Shown here piece by piece: positions 39,946-47,488 of a stretch of DNA of 64,000 bases. How positions within the stretch are numbered: the stretch's first letter is position 1; each line of letters starts with the position of its first letter. Source of the DNA: Allomuricauda sp. (GTDB lineage: Bacteria > Bacteroidota > Bacteroidia > Flavobacteriales > Flavobacteriaceae); NCBI GenBank assembly GCA_048270465.1, contig JBLWSV010000003.1, positions 96,843 through 160,842 on the forward strand. The letters run 5' to 3'. The notes beneath the pieces are model-generated. The model was not told the DNA's origin and made no database searches. It saw nothing but the letters and a program-made list of their open reading frames with translations. A program made the position numbers and the translations under genes.

Positions 39946-41091
39946 ATGAACAAAAAACTACAATTCCTATTGTTGGGCTTGGTATGCTTCAACCTTGGCG
40001 CCCAGGTCAAAAAAGAAATCTTTGAATCCTTCAAGCTACAGGAAAGAAGGAACGTCTCCTATTATTTTCCCGAAGACTATTCCGAAGAAAAAAAGTACCC
40101 TTTGTTGGTCGTTCTGGATGCGGAATATCTGTTCGACCTTGTCGTGGCAAACGTTAAGTTCCAAAGTCGTTTGGATCGTATGCCTGAAGCCATTGTCGTG
40201 GGTGTGGGACAAAGCGAGAACGACATCAGGCTGGAAGATTGTGCGTTTGAGGAAGTGTCGGGACTGCCCAGCGACAAAGGAAAGCTTTTTTATGAGTTTT
40301 TGGGCATGGAGCTTATCCCCTATTTGGAGACCAGCTACAACATTGCCCCTTTCAAAATGTTCGTGGGGTATGATATCACTGCCAATTTTGGAAATTATTA
40401 CCTGTTCAAAGATCGTTCGCTTTTCAATTCCTATGTGAGCATATCGCCCACTTTGGCCACAGAAATGGAGAACCGGGTGCCCGAACGGCTATCGGCAATG
40501 GAACAGGTAATCTTCTATAACCTGATTGTGGAAAAAGAACCTTCGGACGATAGGCAACGTATCCTTCAGATGAACCACAGCATCAATTCCATCACCAAGG
40601 AAAACCTGCACTACTTTTTTGACGAATACGAAAATGCCGACCATGTTTCCATTGTGGCTTATGGTTTGGGCAAAGCATTTGACAATGTCTTCAAAATGTT
40701 CAGGCCCATCAGCCCCACCGAATACAAATCGGAAATATTGACATCGGAAGAACCCGTTTTCAACTATCTGGAAAATCGTTACAGCACCATGGAAAAACTA
40801 TTCGGTTTCCGAAAATCTGTGGAACTCAACGATATTATGGCCATTTATGCCGCTTGCCTTAAAAAAGAGGATTACGAATCCCTAAAGCCCCTATCTGATC
40901 TCTGTAAAAAGGAATTTCCAGATACCATGATGGGTTTTTATTTTGAAGGTGAGTACTATGAGTTTATCGGAGAGCCCAAAAAAGCGTTCAAAACCTTTGA
41001 AAAAGCGTTCCAAATGCAGGAAATCGACTTTTTGACCAAGGACATGGCCCTTGAAAAAATAGATGCCCTCAAGGCCGACTTTGGGTACTGA
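39946..41091 (+). CDS. Esterase-like alpha/beta hydrolase with C-terminal TPR-like region
   Basis: Signal peptide; KKYPLLVVLDA, PEAIVVGV, ELIPYLE, F..YVSISP; nucleophile position reads GYDIT. Confidence 0.72.
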   Translation: MNKKLQFLLLGLVCFNLGAQVKKEIFESFKLQERRNVSYYFPEDYSEEKKYPLLVVLDAEYLFDLVVANVKFQSRLDRMPEAIVVGVGQSENDIRLEDCAFEEVSGLPSDKGKLFYEFLGMELIPYLETSYNIAPFKMFVGYDITANFGNYYLFKDRSLFNSYVSISPTLATEMENRVPERLSAMEQVIFYNLIVEKEPSDDRQRILQMNHSINSITKENLHYFFDEYENADHVSIVAYGLGKAFDNVFKMFRPISPTEYKSEILTSEEPVFNYLENRYSTMEKLFGFRKSVELNDIMAIYAACLKKEDYESLKPLSDLCKKEFPDTMMGFYFEGEYYEFIGEPKKAFKTFEKAFQMQEIDFLTKDMALEKIDALKADFGY

Positions 41092-41146
41092 TCATTCATT
41101 TCTTTTTGTGGACTTTCCTATCTTAGCCAAATCCAGAAAATAGGTA

Positions 41147-42508
41147 ATGGCCAAGACCAAAACAGCTTTTTTTTGCCAAAACTGCGGCACCCAATTTCCC
41201 AAATGGGTAGGCCAATGTTCCTCCTGCAAGGAATGGAACACCGTTGTGGAAGAGGTGGTCCAGAAAGAAGAAAAAAGAAGTTGGAAAACTGACACGACCT
41301 CGGTCAAACAGGCCAGCAAACCTCTTCGCGTTTCTGAAATCACCCATGAGAAAGAGCTTCGACTGGATACGTTGGATCAAGAGTTCAACCGCGTTCTGGG
41401 TGGGGGGTTGGTCCCTGGCTCCCTGACTTTGTTGGGAGGCGAACCGGGCATTGGAAAAAGTACCCTCTTGCTTCAGATTGCACTAAAACTGCCCTATAAA
41501 ACATTATATGTTTCGGGAGAAGAGAGCCAACGGCAGATCAAGATGCGAGCGGATCGGATTCTGCCCAACAGTGACAATTGCTATATCCTCACCGAGACCA
41601 AGACCCAGAACATCTTTCAGCAGATAGCTGCTTTGGAACCCGATCTCGTGGTCATCGATTCCATCCAGACCCTTCACACCGATTATATCGAATCCGCTGC
41701 CGGAAGCATTTCACAGATCCGTGAATGTGCCGCAGAGCTCATCAAATTTGCCAAGGAAAGTCATACTCCCGTGATTTTGGTGGGACACATCACCAAAGAT
41801 GGGACCATAGCCGGCCCCAAAATTTTGGAGCACATGGTGGATACGGTACTTCAGTTTGAAGGTGACCGTAATTATGTGTACCGAATTCTTCGTTCCTTAA
41901 AAAATCGATTTGGGTCCACGGCCGAATTGGGCATTTACGAAATGCAGGGCAGTGGGCTCCGCGAAGTGAACAATCCATCCGAAGTATTGATCTCCAAAAA
42001 TGAGGATGATCTCAGCGGCACTGCCATAGCCGCCACGGTGGAAGGCATGCGACCACTGTTGATCGAGATCCAGGCGCTGGTGAGTACGGCTGTTTATGGG
42101 ACACCACAGCGTTCCGCAACCGGGTTCAATGCCAAACGATTGAACATGCTCTTGGCCGTTCTTGAAAAACGGGCAGGATTTAAATTGGCTGCCAAGGATG
42201 TCTTTTTGAACATCACCGGGGGCATTTCGGTGGACGATCCCGCCATCGACCTTGCCGTTATGGCCGCCATTTTGTCCAGCAACGCCGACATATCCATTGA
42301 AAAAGGCATCTGTTTTGCTGCGGAAGTGGGCCTTGCCGGAGAAATCCGTCCTGTACAGCGGGTGGACCAACGCATTCTGGAAGCCGAAAAATTGGGCTTT
42401 TCCACCATTTTTGTCTCCAAAAACAATAAAATCGGCCTGAAAAATACAGGCATTCAAATCCGCAAGGTTTCCAAAATCGAGGATGTGTTGGGTGTCTTGT
42501 TCGGTTGA
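41147..42508 (+). CDS. radA: DNA repair protein RadA/Sms
   Basis: C4 zinc finger CQNC..CSSC, GEPGIGKST, KNRFG, Lon-like C-terminal domain. Confidence 0.97.
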   Translation: MAKTKTAFFCQNCGTQFPKWVGQCSSCKEWNTVVEEVVQKEEKRSWKTDTTSVKQASKPLRVSEITHEKELRLDTLDQEFNRVLGGGLVPGSLTLLGGEPGIGKSTLLLQIALKLPYKTLYVSGEESQRQIKMRADRILPNSDNCYILTETKTQNIFQQIAALEPDLVVIDSIQTLHTDYIESAAGSISQIRECAAELIKFAKESHTPVILVGHITKDGTIAGPKILEHMVDTVLQFEGDRNYVYRILRSLKNRFGSTAELGIYEMQGSGLREVNNPSEVLISKNEDDLSGTAIAATVEGMRPLLIEIQALVSTAVYGTPQRSATGFNAKRLNMLLAVLEKRAGFKLAAKDVFLNITGGISVDDPAIDLAVMAAILSSNADISIEKGICFAAEVGLAGEIRPVQRVDQRILEAEKLGFSTIFVSKNNKIGLKNTGIQIRKVSKIEDVLGVLFG

Positions 42509-42648
42509 GTGATATAGACACAAATTTCACGAATGGTCACGAATACTTTTGCTCTTGAACTTGAAACTTGTTCACTGTTCATAGAAAAACCTCATTCATT
42601 CTGAAGAACACAAAATGATTGAATAAACTAGTTGTTTCACCATACATT

Positions 42649-43692
42649 TTATGGCGCTGGGTTGGGAATAGCATTATGGATGGCCTCGATTCCTTCCAAC
42701 ACCTCATCCGAAAGGTCCACATCGATACTCTCAATGTTTTCCTTGAGCTGCTCCATGCTGGTCGCCCCAATAATGTTGCTCGTTAGAAAGGGTCGCGTAT
42801 TTACAAAGGCCAACGACATCTGCGCCAAGCTCAACCCATATTCTTGGGCCAGTAGGGCATATTTCTCTGTGGCTTGGGTGGCTGTTTCCCCACTGTACCT
42901 GTTGTAATTGGGGAAAAGGGAAACCCTGGCCTTTCTTGGGGGGATTTCGGTCAAATATTTTCCGCTGAGCACTCCAAATGCCATGGGCGAATAGGCCAAC
43001 AGCCCTATTTTTTCACGGGTCGATATTTCGGAAAGCCCTACCTCGAACAAACGGTTCAAAAGGTTATAGGGATTTTGGATGGTCAACATGCGCGGAAGGG
43101 TCCGGTGCACTTTGCTCTCCTCCAAAAACCGCATGGTTCCCCAAGGGGTTTCGTTGGAAAGCCCCACGTGTCTGATCTTCCCTTCGGCAATCAGGTCGCG
43201 AAGGGTCTCCAACACTTGGTGGATATTATCTTCCCAACCATCAATGGCGTGGGCATTGAACCCCCGTTGTCCAAAATAATTGGTGTTCCGTTCGGGCCAG
43301 TGCAGTTGGTACAGGTCGATATAATCCGTCTGGAGCCGTTGCAAACTTCCCTCCACTGCACTCATGATGGATTCCTTACTGAACCCGGTATTCCTGATGT
43401 GCGTAGCGGCATGTCCTTTTCCCGCGATTTTGGACCCCAATACCACCTTGTCCCTGTTCCCGGTCTTTTTGAACCAGTTTCCGATAAATTCCTCGGTCAC
43501 CGCATAAAGTTCCTTCTTTGCGGGAATGGGATACAGTTCCGCAGTATCAAAAAAATTCACGCCTTGGTCCAAGGCATAATCCATCTGTTCATGGGCCTCT
43601 TCCTCGCTGTTCTGCCTGCCCCAGGTCATGGTGCCGAGGCATATTTTGCTTATTCGGATGTCGGTATGTGGGATTCTGGTATATTTCATCAT
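42649..43692 (-). CDS. NADP(H)-dependent aldo/keto reductase (Tas-like)
   Basis: ICLGTMTWG, FFDTAELY, YIDLYQLHWP, GLSNETPWG, IQNPYNLLNR. Confidence 0.92.
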   Translation of the reverse strand: MMKYTRIPHTDIRISKICLGTMTWGRQNSEEEAHEQMDYALDQGVNFFDTAELYPIPAKKELYAVTEEFIGNWFKKTGNRDKVVLGSKIAGKGHAATHIRNTGFSKESIMSAVEGSLQRLQTDYIDLYQLHWPERNTNYFGQRGFNAHAIDGWEDNIHQVLETLRDLIAEGKIRHVGLSNETPWGTMRFLEESKVHRTLPRMLTIQNPYNLLNRLFEVGLSEISTREKIGLLAYSPMAFGVLSGKYLTEIPPRKARVSLFPNYNRYSGETATQATEKYALLAQEYGLSLAQMSLAFVNTRPFLTSNIIGATSMEQLKENIESIDVDLSDEVLEGIEAIHNAIPNPAP

Positions 43693-43748
43693 ATCAAATT
43701 AGGACGGTCAAAGGTAACTAAACCAAAATATTGACCTTTAAGCCAAGG

Positions 43749-44513
43749 TTATCTTTCCACTTCCAACAGAATGGGACAATGGTCGCTGTGCACGGCCTCG
43801 GACAAGATCACCGAACGTTTCAACCTATTTTCCAAGGGCTCTGCCACCATGCCATAGTCCAAACGCCAACCCTTGTTGTTGGCCCTAGCATTGGCCCTGT
43901 AGCTCCACCAAGTATAATTGTCGGGCTCTTTGTTGAAATGCCGGAAACTGTCAATGAACCCACTGTTGATAAAACTGCCGATCCATTCCCGCTCCACGGG
44001 CAAAAAGCCGGAAACATTCTTGTTCCGAACGGGATCGTGGATGTCGATGGCCTCGTGACAGATGTTGTAGTCTCCGCACACAATCAGGTTGGGACGCTCT
44101 TTCCGAAGTTCATCGGCATATTTTTGAAAATCGGCCATGTACATCAGTTTATGGTCCAACCGAGCCAGATTGGTCCCCGATGGCAAGTACATGCTCATGA
44201 TGGACAAATCTCCAAAGTCGACACGCAGGTTGCGCCCCTCAAAGTCCATATAATCGATTCCCGTACCATATTCCACATGGTCCGGGCGTTCCTTACAAAG
44301 TAAGGCCACTCCGCTATACCCCTTCTTTTGGGCACTGAACCAATAGTGGTGTGGGTATCCCGCTTCTTCAAAGACAGCAGTGTCCACTTGGTCCACCATG
44401 GCCTTGGTTTCCTGTAGGCAGACCACATCCGGATCTACCGCCTGCAGCCATTCCACAAAACCTTTGTTGAGTGCGGCCCTGATGCCGTTCACATTGTAGG
44501 AGACAATCTTCAT
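43749..44513 (-). CDS. xth: Exodeoxyribonuclease III / AP endonuclease
   Basis: SYNVNGIRA, CLQETK, CGDYNICH, WWSYR, GWRLDY, SDHCP. Confidence 0.95.
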   Translation of the reverse strand: MKIVSYNVNGIRAALNKGFVEWLQAVDPDVVCLQETKAMVDQVDTAVFEEAGYPHHYWFSAQKKGYSGVALLCKERPDHVEYGTGIDYMDFEGRNLRVDFGDLSIMSMYLPSGTNLARLDHKLMYMADFQKYADELRKERPNLIVCGDYNICHEAIDIHDPVRNKNVSGFLPVEREWIGSFINSGFIDSFRHFNKEPDNYTWWSYRANARANNKGWRLDYGMVAEPLENRLKRSVILSEAVHSDHCPILLEVER

Positions 44514-44637
44514 CTTTCAAATTTTTCCTAAAAATAGCTATTGTAGGCTTCTTCTTAAAATTGAATTTAACAATGGTCCTGTTTCAAAATCAGATTGCTG
44601 TTCCTTTTGTCGTAATTTTAAGTCCAAAGACTACCCA

Positions 44638-45186
44638 ATGACGGCACTTGTTCTCATCGATATCCAACTTGGCCTGCAGGAAATGGCCTTTTATGGCACA
44701 GAGCGCAACAATCCCATGGCCGAGGAGAATTGCCGGGAAATCTTGTTGGCCTTTCGAGAAAAACAATGGCCGGTGTTCCATGTGAAGCACGATTCCACCA
44801 ATCCGGATTCTCCTCTGCATCCTTCCAAAAAGGGGAATGCGATACATCCGTTGGTGCAACCCATTGAGGGGGAGCCCATTTTTGCCAAAAATGTGAACAG
44901 TGCCTTTATAGGCACCGACCTTGAGGCCCAACTCAGGGCCATGGGCATTTCCGAACTTGTCATCGTTGGGCTTACCGTGGAACATTGTGTCTCCACTTCC
45001 GTGCGTATGGCGGCCAATATGGGTTTTGCCGTTGTTTTGGTATCGGATGCCACCGCGGCCTTTGACAAAGTGGGCGTGAACGGACAAGTGTATGGGGCCG
45101 ACCTCATCCATCACACCGAACTGGCCAACCTGAAGGATGAATTTGCCCAGATCATGGATACGGAGACGTTCTTGAAGAGTCTGTAA
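44638..45186 (+). CDS. Cysteine hydrolase (isochorismatase family)
   Basis: ALVLIDIQ, KNVNSAF, GLTVEHCVSTSVR, SDATA. Confidence 0.9.
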   Translation: MTALVLIDIQLGLQEMAFYGTERNNPMAEENCREILLAFREKQWPVFHVKHDSTNPDSPLHPSKKGNAIHPLVQPIEGEPIFAKNVNSAFIGTDLEAQLRAMGISELVIVGLTVEHCVSTSVRMAANMGFAVVLVSDATAAFDKVGVNGQVYGADLIHHTELANLKDEFAQIMDTETFLKSL

Positions 45187-45232
45187 AATTGATTACCTTC
45201 TGCTTTTTATCCATTTTAGAAAAACACATCAA

Positions 45233-45757
45233 ATGAAAACTTGGATTGCGCTGTTAAGAGGCATCAATGTTGGTGGGAAACATAGTGTCCCTATGAAGGA
45301 ACTGAAACAATTGATGGAATCCAACGGGTTTTCCAATGTCAGGACCTACATCCAAAGTGGGAATGTGGTTTTTGAAAGCGCACAAAGGCCCACACAGGAA
45401 ATTGGGGAACTCATAGCACAGCAGTTTGGGTTTGTGCCCTACATTTTTGTGCTGGATAGGGACGAACTCATGGGAGCCGTGACCAACTGTCCCTATGAAA
45501 GCGACCAAGGGAAGACCATCCATTATTTTTTTCTGGACAAGGAACCCGAGATTTTTGATGAAGCGCTGTTGGATTCCTTAAAAGCTGACAGCGAGCGGTA
45601 TATCCTAATCGAAAAGGTATTTTACCTCTACGCGCCAGAAGGCATCGGCCGTTCCAAATTGGTGGAAAAAATGGGTAAGGCTTTGCCAGGCGTGACCATG
45701 ACGGCCAGAAACCTGAACACGATCAACAAGTTGGTGGAGATGGTGGGGGAAGGTTGA
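45233..45757 (+). CDS. DUF1697 family protein
   Basis: IALLRGINVGG, VRTYIQSGNVVF, TARNLNT. Confidence 0.88.
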   Translation: MKTWIALLRGINVGGKHSVPMKELKQLMESNGFSNVRTYIQSGNVVFESAQRPTQEIGELIAQQFGFVPYIFVLDRDELMGAVTNCPYESDQGKTIHYFFLDKEPEIFDEALLDSLKADSERYILIEKVFYLYAPEGIGRSKLVEKMGKALPGVTMTARNLNTINKLVEMVGEG

Positions 45758-45818
45758 TTTTAAAATTCTTTCGGTCAACCATTTAAAAAAATTTAAGTTG
45801 TTTTGAAATCTCATTTAA

Positions 45819-45840
45819 TATTTAGATATTTATCTAAATA
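45819..45840. promoter_or_regulatory. Operator for the ArsR/SdpR-type repressor
   Basis: TATTTAGATA-TT-TATCTAAATA, perfect 10-2-10 inverted repeat ending 9 nt before the repressor ATG. Confidence 0.75.
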
Positions 45841-45849
45841 ACTAATGGA

Positions 45850-46104
45850 ATGAATTCCCTCTTCAAGGCCCTGAACGATGAAACGCGACGACAGATCGTG
45901 GAACTGCTCAAGGAAAGGGACATGAACGCAGGGGAAATTGCAGAAAGGTTCAATATTTCCAAGCCCAGCATTTCGCACCACTTGGACATTTTGCGCCAGG
46001 CCAACTTGGTGACCAGCGAAAAAAAGGGACAGTTTGTGGAATACTCCCTCAACACCACCATCTTGGAAGATTTGCTCAATTGGATACTAACTTTAAAGAA
46101 ATGA
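45850..46104 (+). CDS. ArsR/SmtB family repressor, SdpR-like
   Basis: FKALNDETRRQIVELL, SKPSISHHLDILRQANLV, GQFVEYSLN; ATGA-coupled to the SdpI-like gene. Confidence 0.9.
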   Translation: MNSLFKALNDETRRQIVELLKERDMNAGEIAERFNISKPSISHHLDILRQANLVTSEKKGQFVEYSLNTTILEDLLNWILTLKK

Positions 46105-46745
46105 CCTTGAAACTAACCAAAGAACTGCCCTTGATCGGCATTGTGTTGCTCCCCTTTCTGTACCTGGCCTATATATGGAACCAACTGCCCGAACAGGTGC
46201 CCTTGCACTACAACATCAAGGGAGAAGTGGACCGCTACGGGGACAAATCGGAACTCATCATGATCCCCATCATGCTGCCCTTGCTCATCTACGTGATCTT
46301 CTTAGTGGTACCCTACATCGACCCAAAAAAGCAATTGCACAAAATGGGCAACAAATACTACACCTTAAAACTGTTGTTGACCGTTTTCATGTCCATACTG
46401 GCACTCATCGTCCTCTACACGGCCAAGAACCAATCGTGGTCCAATCCCAACTACATCCTGCTGATGATGGGTGTGCTTTTCATCATTTTGGGAAATTATT
46501 TTAAGACCATAAAGGCCAATTATTTTATCGGTATCCGAACTCCGTGGACATTGGAGAACGAGTCCGTTTGGAAGGAAACCCATAAAATGGCAGGCAAACT
46601 GTGGTTCGTTGGAGGTATTTTGGTGGTACTTTTCAGTTTGATCTTAGATCAAAAAACCAACTTTATCGTGTTCATATCCATTACCGGAATTCTGGCACTG
46701 GTTCCTATTCTACATTCTTATATCCTATATAGAAAAGAAAAATAG
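46101..46745 (+). CDS. SdpI/YhfL-family immunity membrane protein
   Basis: Start ATG 46101; LPEQVPLHYNIKGEVDRYG, NYFIGIRTPWTLENESVWKETHK. Confidence 0.88.
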   Translation: MTLKLTKELPLIGIVLLPFLYLAYIWNQLPEQVPLHYNIKGEVDRYGDKSELIMIPIMLPLLIYVIFLVVPYIDPKKQLHKMGNKYYTLKLLLTVFMSILALIVLYTAKNQSWSNPNYILLMMGVLFIILGNYFKTIKANYFIGIRTPWTLENESVWKETHKMAGKLWFVGGILVVLFSLILDQKTNFIVFISITGILALVPILHSYILYRKEK

Positions 46746-46828
46746 GCCATCAAGAAAAACATCCGTGGGCTTGCATTAAAGGGAATAATCACCTTGGATT
46801 CATTTCATCCCTCCTGTTGTTAAACCAA

Positions 46829-46967
46829 AAAAGAGGCTGTCTAAAAAGCTGTTTGTCTGTCAGTTCGATCGCAGTCGAGAACTTAAAATGTATTGATAAT
46901 CAATGGGTTTCGACTGCGCTCAACCTGACAAAGCCTAAATTTTTCCGCTTTTTAGACAGTCTCTTTT
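46829..46967. repeat. Nested palindromic REP/REPIN- or MITE-like element
   Basis: Outer IR 46829-46849/46947-46967 (20 of 21 nt); inner imperfect IR 46858-46882/46907-46930; central ATTGAT-A-ATCAAT. Confidence 0.8.
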
Positions 46968-46992
46968 ACATTTTCAACTGAAACAGGTTAGT

Positions 46993-47307
46993 TTAGATGC
47001 TATCGATGGCCTTTTTGGCGGCCTCTTTGGCATCTTCACCCATTTCCTTTGCCTTGTCCAGGGTTTCTTCGCCGGCCTTTTCAAGACTGTCCAAGGCTTT
47101 CTCGCCCATTTCCTTGACATCTTCTCCTGCTTCTTTTGCAGCATCAACAGCATCGTCAGCGGCCTCTTTCAGGTCTTCACCGGCCTCTTCCATAGCATCT
47201 CCGGCTTCTTCAGTAGCTTCTTTTGCCTTGTCGCCCGCCTCCTTGCAAGAGGTCATTACGGACATGGAAAGGGACAGGGCAATCAGTGCGATAAATACTT
47301 TTTTCAT
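46993..47307 (-). CDS. Ala/Glu/Asp/Lys-rich helical lipoprotein (LEA-like)
   Basis: Lipobox MTSC; low-complexity, roughly 11-residue periodic helix. Confidence 0.75.
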   Translation of the reverse strand: MKKVFIALIALSLSMSVMTSCKEAGDKAKEATEEAGDAMEEAGEDLKEAADDAVDAAKEAGEDVKEMGEKALDSLEKAGEETLDKAKEMGEDAKEAAKKAIDSI

Positions 47308-47449
47308 TTCAAAAATGGATTAGTGTTAATAGAAAATCAATATAACAAAATTTATCCGAAATAACCATTTTCACCATATCATATTTACATTAAGGAGATT
47401 AAGTAAATTCTAACACATCCGAGGTAGGTCATAATTCCATCTAAATTTA

Positions 47450-47457
47450 TAATTTTG
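47450..47457 (+). promoter_or_regulatory. -7 element for ileS
   Basis: TAATTTTG, 31 nt before the ATG. Confidence 0.6.
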
Positions 47458-47488
47458 CAAACTTGAATTCTAGAAGAAGTAGCAGTAT

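Noticed and set aside
42874-43734. 286-aa plus-strand ORF
   Set aside because: Antisense to the aldo/keto reductase, which has all family motifs; no independent evidence
46829-46967. Possible CRISPR repeat
   Set aside because: Single nested inverted repeat, no direct-repeat/spacer periodicity, no cas genes; reported as REP-like instead
47308-47488. T-box riboswitch upstream of ileS
   Set aside because: Promoter element only 31 nt from the ATG; no T-box sequence or terminator/antiterminator seen
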